NCBI GenBank assembly: GCA_964035545.1
Contig: OZ037766.1
Span: 1,302,001-1,366,000, forward strand
Source: Bugula neritina
Taxonomy: Eukaryota > Animalia > Bryozoa
Length of the DNA: 64,000 nucleotides
Direction: 5' to 3'
In this document: positions 12,635 through 24,300 of the stretch, piece after piece
Layout: each line of letters begins with the position of its first letter
How positions within the stretch are numbered: position 1 is the first letter of the stretch
Notes under the pieces: model-generated
Seen by the model: only the letters and a program-made list of their open reading frames with translations
Told to the model about the DNA's origin: nothing
The model's database searches: none
Position numbers and translations under genes: made by a program

Positions 12635-15600
12635 ATGGAACTTAGCAATATAGCCATCGGATCAATAGTGTCTTTGATACTGTTCTATTTATTTGTCATT
12701 TTTGTTGGAGTTGCATCAGCTATTTGGTTTAGAAGAAAATTCAAAGTTGATGGCAACAATATAAGCTTCCAGATTGTAGCAGGGAGAAAACTAGGTTCTG
12801 TTGTTGGTTGGTTAACCATGTCTGGTAAGATTATCCATTAGTTTTACAAGTTGGTATTAACAGTTGTTTTGAGATTTAATTGTGGGTGCAATAACCATGA
12901 TCATGATGTGTAGTATGGTAGGCCCTATAACGTAGTGTGGTGTAGACTGTAGTATAGTGTAATATAGAGTAGTGTAGTATAATATAGTGTAGTAATAATA
13001 ATGTATAATGTAATGTAGTGTTGTGTGGTATAATGTTACTGTTATGCAGTAGTCTTATAGGGTAGTAATAAATAAATGTGTTTTATAACCTGTTGGTCTT
13101 ATATCCAGGGCTGCAGCTTTGCAAAATGGATCAAGTAGTTGGAGATAAACTATAACTGAAATAGTTTATTGTCAGGGTGTCATTCATAGAGTAATTAATG
13201 ATTCACATATTGACAACTTTTTGACCATAACCTACTATATTATAAGCTGGTTTTCTTATTCGAGATGCAAAGCTATGTTTATAATAAGAATATTATACAT
13301 ATAATGCTTATATAACACTTGGGTTTTCTGTGGGGAGAAGTGTGCTAGCCTTGCATGGTATAGTACTATAATCCCTATCAATATAAATAGCTGTAAAAAC
13401 AATTTTATGGTTTCTGAATAGTCTTGGATATAATAAAATTAATAGCTTATAGCAAAGAATATCTCTTCTAACCTCGACTCTAAGAATTCAGTAAGAAGTA
13501 CAAGTCTGCAAAGGCGTTAAAATGTTCATCACCCTTTATATTCTATATAACTTCTTATCCTTAGAGCCTGATGCCTGGGAAATCTATCTTGCAGACTAAA
13601 TTTTCTACTTTTAATTACATATATAGAAAAAAAATCCATTTTTAATTTTTCTCCCAATAGTTGAATTGACAACACCAGCCCCTTTGTGATTAGTCATAAA
13701 AATAGCCTCATATCATGTAGCTGGGAGCTTGTAATAATTATGCAATAGAGCTAAGGCAGAAGGAAAACACTGTTTTGTCAAAATAAATATTTTCCTTCAA
13801 AATACTTTCACCCATACAGTAATTTAGAATTGAAATTTAGTTTCAAATATTGTTACTAATTTATTAATCGGCTAATGTAGGTAACTGCTGAGTAACTTAC
13901 TAGCTAGCAGTCACGTTTAATAAATAGCCAATTGTACAGCCTGAACCAACTGCAGGCACACATAGTTCTATTTGATATCGTCTATGAACCACCACAACAT
14001 GTAAGTGTAGCAGTAGTAGTAGAGGGATAATCAAGATAAGACTATACAAAACACTTGGCAGGAGCATTGCATACAGTATTATGTAAGATTAGAAGTTTCA
14101 ATACATTGAAATGTAAATATAGACAGCACTATGTTATAAGGAAATCTACAGAGTTGAGCTGTTAGCTATATATGTTTATCAACATACATGTTGCTAGCTA
14201 CAATATAAAATTATGTTACTATAGCTACAATATATAATATGTTCAAAGCCACAATATATTATATGTTACTAGCCACTATGGTGGGAGGTGGATTTCTCAA
14301 CGGAACAGCTGAGATGGTTGCGTTGGACGGTCTAGTCTGGATAATTCCACCTTTCGGTATTTGTGTTGGTCTGACAATAGGTAGGTCAAAGGGCAGCTTT
14401 CAGTAGCTAACAATGCTGACCATAACACAGGTTGTCTTATATACTATGCTGACAGACTACAGTGATAAATATAAAGGCTGTTTCAACAGTATAAAATAAT
14501 TTTTCTCTTGATAAATTAAAATCTTATAGCTATATAAGTTATATATATATATATATATAAATATATCCATTTTACTGCTGTGGTGTTCAATCTTTTTAAT
14601 ATTTCTACACCTAGCTATTTTAAAGATTTCTACTCTATTTTAAGTCTACTGACTTATAAAACTAAAATATGTCATTTAAGTAGTAAATAACTTTGTATTT
14701 TTAAGAGGTTTTAATAGAAACAACTTCACTATAATGTAATTTCTATTCTTGAAATCATTGTAGTAAAATTAACCCAAACTCAAATCTAATGCAGCCAACG
14801 CATTTAAAGGTGAATACAAATAGACATTCAATGTGTTATATTTAATGAAAAAAATGGTTCAACATTTAATGAAATCTTAATTAGACAACTTGCTAATGTT
14901 TTTAAGTTGACTAAATAAATTTGATGTTGTCTAATAATACAGTAACTTGAAGTCGGTAATAATCTTAACAGCTGCGTTTGATGCAAATTGTTTCGAAGTT
15001 TAACATCACAAGCTGTCTGAAAAGCACAGCAGGGGTTTAGCTATTACTTTAGAAGTATTAATGTGTTGTTTTGTATAAAATTGAGATCAAAATCTAACAT
15101 TACATCTATATGACCTTAAAGCATGTGAAATCACCATTATATCAATGAGATAGAGCTTGCTATTATATATTATATTATATATCAGTAGTAGTGTTATTAG
15201 ATACTGCCTGAATGTAACGGAATTTTCTAGTACAATTTTAGTAAACATGTACTGTATTCCAACACTTCATTGCATTAGAAAACTTGACAGTGCCCGTTCT
15301 TAATTGTCAAATTATCTTTTACAATGTTTACAAATGATAAAACGATAATTTGCTTAGCTAAGTGAAGTTAGTCTTGCATACTAACATACTAACATATTAC
15401 CTATATATACTAACATATTAACTATACACTAACATATTAACTATATACTAACATATTTACTAACGTTACTGTTGGCTTGTATGGTAACTATTGTAACTAA
15501 GGTGTCTACCTCATGTAATGTAGCTGGCTTAGTGTTTGCTCCAACAATGAGGAGGAGGAAATACTACACCATGCTGGATCCGCTAGAAGAGAAATTCGGT

Positions 15601-18600
15601 GCTTTTGTTACTTCCTGTATCTACCTCTCCAGTCTGCTTGGGGACATTCTCTGGTCTGCCTCTATACTGGCTGCTTTGGGTAACTATTTCTTATACTAAG
15701 AGTTAAATATTATGTTTTCATATAGTATTATTATATTATATTAACAAAATAATGTGTTATATCAAATAATATATCGTTTTAAAAGAAGTAAGTAAATAAG
15801 TTTTAACATTAATTAGTTTTTTTGCTTCAAATCAGTTACCAATTAAAGATCATATAATCTCTAAGTTTGTGTAAGATATTCATTCCCTTCAACTGACCCG
15901 TGGTTTGAATTTTACACATATGGTTTCGTATATTATTGTAGCTAAACAATGTATTACATCACGTAATTTGTCATGTTTCAGTGTTCTCACTATATAGTAC
16001 ATTATACATATACATCACCATTATATCTGTACACTCTGCACCTACTGAGCTATTACTAGTATAATCACATAATATATTGAGTTCTCATTATATGTCACAC
16101 AGGCACCAGTCTGCACATCATCGTGGGTCTGAGTGTTACACTAGCTGTGATAGTGTCTGCTGCAGTGGCTGTAATCTACACTCTCATTGGTCAGATGATT
16201 TCAGTGGCGTATACAGATATTATCGAGCTTATCTTCCTCACAGTTGGATTGGTGAGTATGCCACTTGTAGGAGAGTGACTATATCCTTGTGGTTGACTAG
16301 CTGTGTGGTCGACTAGCTGTGTGGTCGACTAGCTGTGTGGTCGACTAGCTGTGTGGTCGACTAGCTGTGTGGTCGACTAGCTGTGTGGTCGACTAGCTGT
16401 GTGGTCGACTAGCTGTGTGGTCGACTAGCTGTGTGGTCGACTAGCTGTGTGGTCGACTAGCTGTGTGGTCGACTAGCTGTGTGGTCGACTAGCTGTGTGG
16501 TCGACTAGCTGTGTGGTCGACTAGCTGTGTGGTCGACTAGCTGTGTGGTCGACTAGCTGTGTGGTCGACTAGCTGTGTGGGTGGCCAGCTGTCTAAGTGA
16601 CTGGATAGCTAGATAACACATATATGTTGCTATGGTAGGCGGTGGTCACACCTTATGTTTTGACAAATGAAGATGTCCAGAAGGGCATATCAGACAGCGT
16701 ATCACAATCTGGTAACACCACAGACTATATTCCTTGGCTGGGGACCATAGAGACTTACAAGTGTGCATTCTGGACTGACCTCGCAATAGCCATGGTAAGT
16801 GTGTGAATGTGTATAAAAGGTAAGATGCTATGTGTACTCAGTGCTGTTACTATATTTTACTAGAGTATCATGTTTACTGTCATACATTGCTTTCAGTTAC
16901 CTGCCAGTAGTTTTGTGTGTACAAGTGCTGATGTACCTATCGTCACAATAGTACTCTGCAGTTAGATCAACTTGCTTGCTGTGTCAGACGCCTAGGTTCT
17001 AATTCTATGTTTGCTAAATGAGCTGGGGAGGGGGTAGGCACTTCCCTATCATACCATTGCACCCCATTTTTAGTTCCACTACTGAGTATAGTAATAATAA
17101 GTGTGAAATTGTGTGCGAATATCGATAGAAGCAGCGCCGAGTTGGTGGTTACTGAGTCTCCAGTTCAAGAATAGCAGTTTGGAGTTTGGCTAACAATGTA
17201 TATACAAATACTGTACTCAGTCATTCCCAACTCGGTGCTGCCTCTAGCCACATGCATTGTGTAATATCAGTTTATCTTATTAATATTTAAGACGCTGGGA
17301 AGCATACCGTGGCAGTCGTACTTTCAAAGAGTTCTCTCTGTTTCCTCTGTCAGAGATGCCAAACGTCTGTCTATATTCGCGGGACTCTCTGCATTAGTGT
17401 TTGCTGTGCCACCTATTTGTATGGGAATAGCTGGCTCTACAGTTGGTGAGTTGAGCTGTAGACATATATTATATGGTATTAGATGTATCTAGCTAGTGAC
17501 AAGGGTAGGCATGTTGAAGCAGTGTTTCGTATAGTTGGATACTGGGTTAAGTGATCTTAAAAAGGAAATTTAGAAGTTAATGGTGTTCCAATAAACGTTG
17601 AACAGATTTTTGAAGGTCTGTGTGATAGAAAAGAGAGAAGGATATAGCTGTGGTGGGGAGATGGAGAAAACAATAACAGAGAGAGTTATGTAATATCTTG
17701 TTACTGCACTGAGTGTAGGGTTGATTCTAATCATGTTACAAATCTAATCAGTTCTATTTAATATAAGTAAATTGAACTCTTATCTAGTATTATATACTTA
17801 TGAAATCAATACCCTGTTCTCAACTGCAGTATTTTATACATATGTATGTATCAAAACCTTCAATATGAGCAAACAGTTGTTAGGGCATGCACACAATTGT
17901 ATTTCTGATAATAGGAACTTTATTTGTTTTATTGCCTAAGGAATTATTTGGCAGCCAAACTACCACATCTTCAAACATTACACCCGATTCATTCAACGAT
18001 CTGTGATATTGCCATCTTTTTTACTTTAGACTGGGAGTCTACCGGATTGAATGAAAGCGTGTACAGTGATAAGAGTTTGACCTTGCCCTTAGTAGTCCAG
18101 CAGTTCACTCCGCCTGTAGTCTCAGTGATAGGTAAGCAACCTGCTACTATCAGTATAGAGCAGGCACAATTATACATATAAATATATTAAATCAATTTCT
18201 GCTACCAACAACCTGCATTACTTGTTATTATAAAGGAATATTAATCTGCTACCACTCAACAAATTGGTTCAATAACATAATTAGAGTCAATAATATAGTG
18301 TGAAATTAGATAAAAGAAAATTGGTGCATCCCTAACATAATGTAGGAATTGACAATCAAAATTAAAGCTCCTCCTAAATTTAACTAAGATTATTAGTTGG
18401 CACAGCTCTAGAGATGAATTATCCTTTTGACCATATATAAAATCTCTTCATTAGCAAAACAATATATGTGTATTATACTGCATTATATCACAGCTACTGC
18501 TTCTATTGTATGTATAAACTACTGTATGGAACTTTCCAGAATAAAGATTATTTGTTTTGAATTCATTATTTTTAGCTTACTCAAATGTTGAGCAACTTTT

Positions 18601-19697
18601 AATTGTCATTAAATAATTAATTACTAATTAAGAATTAGGTTATAACTGGTAATGCCATAAACTGGTAAAACTAACCACATATTTTCCAGAGTTGCCTTCT
18701 CTTACATATATGCTGTTGTTAGCTATTGTCAATGATGGGTGATTTGTAACTGAATAATAAATAATGATGAAATATTTATATCTAAATACATGCATGTATG
18801 TTTATATGCAGCCCAATTGACCTTTCAACGATTGCGTTACAAACTTGCAATTTTATACTGTTTAAAATATTGTCTTTTACTCACTGTTGCTGTCAACTTG
18901 TATTTGTTTTGTCAGGGCTCAGCGCTATTGCTGCCGCGGTGATGTCATCTACTGACAGCGCTATCCTCGGGTCAAGCTCCATGTTCACTCACAATGTATA
19001 TAAGAAGATGCGTCCAATGGTATGCTCATTTATAGAATGTTTGAATGGAATAGTTGGCATAAACCTATTAGCTATGAAGGGAGTTGTTAGCAGTCTATAG
19101 TAGATATGAGCTAATATCAAAGCTACATAACTTTCCTAGAACATATCTGCAGACACACTTACAACTGGGTGGTCAACCATAGCAGCCTTAATATAAATGC
19201 TTTGAATTCTTTCGTAGTTCCTGCTAATCATAATGTAGTTATTATGTTCAATAATGCATGTAAACAATAGAGTTGTGTTCTCTCTGGCAACTAGTTTATT
19301 TATTGGCAGATGTTAATCTATTTACTGCAAATATTTGTGTTTTAATACAATTTTAACTGTTTATTAACTTGGATTTGTCTACTCATTTATAACACGAGCT
19401 GTTGTACTTCACAGGCTACGGATATGGAACTCAGCATTGCTCTTAAGCTCTGTATTTGTGTTATTGGAGTTGTCTCCTCCGTCATTGCACTGATCTCTCC
19501 TTCCGTCACAATATCTGGACTGTTTATTCTAGCCGCAGACATTGTGTTTGTAGCTACTCTACCACAGCTAATCTGTGCTTTGTATATCCCGATATGTAAC
19601 GGATATGGCGCCTTCATTGGTCAGTGAATGTTTCCTACAGTGTGTGTGTGTGTGTGCCCGTGTGTAAGTGTGTGCGTGCGTGTGTGTGTGTGTGTGC

Positions 19698-19742
<45 letters not shown>

Positions 19743-20352
19743 GTGCACCAACGAGACTGATCAGATATGCATTTTGCTCTGATAACCAAAAGCATGCTTG
19801 CAAATAGCTAGATGCTTGGGCTAAACACACTTTAACATTTACACTGTGTAGTTGTTTTGCAAGTATAATCAGTGTATATTCGTGAAATGTCCGTGTTCAG
19901 TATTTATAGTATGTTAACATTAGCACAACATGTTTTAGTCTATGTATAAGTTGTTTGTAGCAGCAGCTACTGTTTTGGTTTGCTACCTGCAATACTAGAC
20001 TATGAACCATCTTGTAGGTTACCTGCTTAGTCTGGTGCTGAGGCTACTGGCGGGAGACTACCTACTAGGAATACCGACTATCATAAAATACCCTTTCTAC
20101 AGAGCTGACATTGACCTTCAGCTATTTCCTTTCCGGACATTCGCAATGATCTCTTCTATACTGGTATCAGTGCTGTTCTCTTTCTTAGCTAAGGTAATTC
20201 TCACTAGATTGAGTAAAGGTTGGGACGTCCTTAGACTAGTCCATCCTCACTGGCTAAAGTTGAGAACTGAACTAAGAAAGTCCGAGTTGTCTACTCAACC
20301 GGTTGGTGAGAAAAACATCCTGGAATCTGCCGAAACTTTCACCCATCTGTGA
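12635..20352 (+). CDS. SLC5A7: High-affinity choline transporter 1-like Na+:solute symporter (SLC5A7/CHT1 family, divergent), ~552 aa, 10 exons
   Basis: Exons 12635-12824, 14273-14380, 15524-15679, 16103-16251, 16639-16794, 17292-17445, 18030-18131, 18916-19019, 19415-19619, 20018-20352 (1659 nt, phases consistent). Motifs TMSATMVGGGFLNGTAE, YYTMLDP, SVAYTD, PWLGT, IPWQSYFQRVLS, AAVMSSTDS, LPQL and FPFRTFAM match CHT1. Confidence 0.9.
16288..16580. repeat. Perfect 16-bp minisatellite GACTAGCTGTGTGGTC, ~18 copies, SLC5A7 intron 4
   Basis: Identical tandem units without spacers. Confidence 0.95.
17126..17246. mobile_element. Small foldback element / MITE relic (~120 bp) with ~32-bp imperfect terminal inverted repeats
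   Basis: Left TAGAAGCAGCGCCGAGTTGGTGGTTACTGAGT versus right ACTCAGTCATTCCCAACTCGGTGCTGCCTCTA; TA at both ends could be a TSD. Confidence 0.55.
19639..19739. repeat. (GT)n microsatellite
   Basis: Visible GT run in SLC5A7 intron 9. Confidence 0.95.
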
Positions 20353-21324
20353 CAGGCTGTGCGTGTTAACGCAGCCACCTGTTTGTATTTTCATATTTTA
20401 ACTTTTGTTATTTTTATAACCAGCTGTTGCTGCAGCTGTTAAATTTTTTGTAAATAATTTTTTTTAAGTCATTTCAATTATAGTACGGTTATATTTTGAT
20501 TTTTACTACATCTAGTATTTAAAAACATCATTTATATTTTATAACATAGCAATTGGTAAGTGGCTTTATACTAATAATATATTGTGTTGCTCATTGCAAG
20601 TTATTGCTTATTATTAAGAGTGTAAGCCCACTACCAATTTAATTTACATGTTAGAAAAATAAAATCATTTCACTTCTTCGAGTTCATCATAATGATTTGT
20701 ATAATAGAAATAGCTAGAAAATGTGTTACATTACAATTACGTGGTTATAAAAAAGATGACCATAAAAGAGCGTTGTCAATAATTTTGCATAAGTACATAG
20801 AATAAAGATAATAGAAAATAATAGTAACTTGAACTGACATGAACAATCCTTGACTCAATTTTATAAACTGTTCAATGATTGAATGTTACATAATCAATAT
20901 AAGCATATAATAAACAATCACATATTAAGCAAAATACAAAGATTAGAAAATAGAGCAAAGAGAGATTAGTATAACTAAGCTGGCCTACTGACCGGAAATA
21001 ACGAGCAAGTCTACGCACTGAAAAATAACCTAGCAAATTTGATAGCAGCAAATGCAATTACTTATAGGCATGTATGTTGAGTTTGTGATTGACAAACTAT
21101 TTGTCAATCACAGACATGACCTGTGAGTGACAGCACATAACAAGTGATGGCAATAGTGGCAATGAACACCGGTGTGAGTCATAGGCGTCACTCTACCTCC
21201 CTTTAGTGACTCAATGAGTGACAGAAACAGGTACTTTTTAACTACAGCAGATGTTTCCTATCTAATATTAAGTTGACATGACATAACTCATTGTAGGTTG
21301 TCATCTTATTGTCATCACTATTTT

Positions 21325-24300
21325 CTAGAATGGTGAATTTATTTTGCCATCCACTTGAAGAGATGAGACAACGATGTATAGAAGCCACATGACTACCATT
21401 ATAGTGAATGTGACCCACTTAAACCACGTGGCTCCGCCCAGCTCTCCCTTGGGAAACACGTAATGCCGGAAGATGAGCAGCCCCAGACACACAACAGCAA
21501 AGATAGCGTAGAGTAAGACACTGAAGGCCAACGCCCCAGCGGGCACGTAGAATGCGCTCCCCTACAAACAAACAAAAATACATCAAAAACATAACAAGTT
21601 TCTTCCACCCGTAGTTAATATATGGCACTTGAAAGGTCTGTACTCAGAGAAACTCTTTCAGAAGCTTACCGACTTGATGTAATGGTAAACAGCCGCCACT
21701 GACCACGGCAGACCTAATCCCAAAAAGACATTGACAGAGTTACTTCCCGTCACGTTGCCTACGGAGTTGTCTGCTGTCGCTTCCATCTCGGCAGCTTGCT
21801 TACTAGCAAACAGATCTGGTAAACTTGTGCCTGTAAGTAAAGGTCAAAGTTCAATGAAACCAAGCATTCATAACCAACCAATGAGAGTAAGATTAGTCAA
21901 CACATGGAAGGTAGAATATTCTCACACTTAGTCTCAGCTTAAAGCCTGTTTCAGTATTATTCTGATCTGTTTATAACAACCAAATCACAGATAGAGCTTT
22001 TGGCAATTCCAAAAGAGCAACCTAAACAAGTCGAAATTCCTTACCCAGAGCGACGAAGGTGATGGCGGTGATCGGCTTCTCCAGCCCGCACAGACAGCCA
22101 AAGATGGACGCCAGGTCCCCGACTATTATAGTCATGAAGATCATCATAATGAGAGCACAGATGAAGGTCAACCAGCCACCACAAAAGTGCACAGGGGGGA
22201 CAATTGCGAATATTATCTACAACAAGCACACATGTTACCAATACCCAATCAAGACAATAAACTCTCTGTTGATGATTCCAGTTGAGTTGCAATACGATGA
22301 AACACAAGAAAATAGTGCTCTACGCAGTCTGAATATTATAGTAACACATTCAATCACATCTCTAGATATCTGCAGCTCTCTCACCTTCCACCCGAATGTT
22401 ACGAAGTGCATGAGGTAATCAAAGCTGGTGGCTGATTCCAAGTCCCCTCCGTTCACGTTCATGGCATTCTCGAACTGCTGGGCGTACGAGGCACTGTCCA
22501 CCTTCAGGGCGTCGATATTGAGGCTGGTGAGATTGACCAGTCTAGACACAATGCCTTGGTAGTCTGGAATCAGTAAAGTATATTATATAGTGTAGGTAAT
22601 AATGTAGGTGATATACTATATAGTACAGATAGTAATGTAGGTGATAGACTATATAGTGTAAGTAGTAATGTAGGTGATAGACTATATAGTTTAGGTAGTA
22701 GTGTAGGTGATAGACTATATAGTGTAGGTAGTAATGTAGGTGATGGACTATAGTGTACGTAGTAATGTAGGTGATAGACTATATAGTTTAGGTAGTAATG
22801 TAGGTGATAGACTATATAGTTTAGGTAGTAGTGTAGGTGATATAATATATAGGCAGGTGACATATAATGTATATTTTGCTCTTGCTCACCTTCATCGTTG
22901 ACAATAGTAACAATAGTTTTGACTTTACTCCCGAGCTGGGCCCCGTCCGTAGGATCGGAGAGTGTTACCTTAAAGTGCTCGTCTTTCTCAGCATCCTGCA
23001 AGAGCATTGTGGGTAAAACATTGACACGAAGTCACACTTAGGGAGGTAAATCAATAGAAAGAATAGCAGGACAGCAGACAAGATCTGAGTACACATGTAC
23101 TTAAACATTAGGGAAGATGTGGCATGGAGAGCAGATAATTAACACGCTATCAATTATTGGTTCATTTTATTAGCCAAAATCTTAGCACTGCAGGTAATTA
23201 TGTAAGCCTATAGGAGCTGTTACCACACTGCGTAGTATCTAATACCTCATCCTAGATGGTGGAATAAGATATCTGGTGAATAAAGGCATTACACGAACCA
23301 CTTCTGTAACAATACTTATTATACACAATATCTCAACAGGATGCACATGTATAATATAGCTACTGTACATAAAAATTATATAACAACAACTTTACTGGAA
23401 TAAACAAATAAAACTATAAATATTTGTTTATGTAACACATCCAGGTGTTTACAGAGACAATGAATAATCCTTCATTCGCCAAAAGTGCATGCTGGGAAGG
23501 TAATAGGTTGTGAAAGCTTAGAAACTGTTTGATAATGTTGGTGTTGAGCAGATTAGGGTGTGGAAGATTACATGTCAAAAAATTTTCAAATTGACCAGTC
23601 AGCATGCACCTAAAGGAGTTGGCCGACAGCATAAAGTCTGCAAGGTTCACTTAGAATATACAACCAGTTGGCAGCAAAACGTAACATGCTGACGTCTACA
23701 TTACCAGTACATGAAGCAAGGTGACATCATGCTATTGTAAGCTGCTATACATGATACTAAAGATAGAGGATAAGCCTAGGGCCACACTGTGCGTATTTTC
23801 GCATGCGAAAATTGAAATCACGAGTAGCAAAGGTGTCCACTGTACGCGTTGAGAAAACATTCGCACTTGTCGCTCAGCATTCTCAACGCAAGTGCGAATT
23901 GTCTCTGTCGTCGTCACCTAATTGGCTGATAGTTATTCAGCGAGCCCAATTTCTTTATTTTAGTGCTACATTCCAGTAAATTGCGTTTTATTGAAAGCGA
24001 GTGCGATTTAAAAATGAAAGCTTTATTTATCACGCATCACTGACGCTACAGTGGACACCTTTGCTACTTGTGATTTCAATTTTCGCATGCGAAAATACGC
24101 ACCGTGTGGCCCTAGGCTAAATGTATGTGAAAATTTCCTGACTACAGCCATCGGCGTAGTAATACAGTCATTGGCGTAGTAATACAGTCATTGGCGTAGT
24201 AATACAGTCATTGGCGTAGTAATACAGTCATTGGCGTAGTAATACAGTCATTGGCGTAGTAATACAGTCATTGGCGTAGTAATACAGTCATTGGCGTAGT

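Noticed and set aside
16288-16580. CRISPR-like appearance of regular arrays (also 24145-24466, 40838-41232, 9032-9409)
   Set aside because: Units are head-to-tail with no unique spacers, there are no cas genes, and the context is eukaryotic introns.
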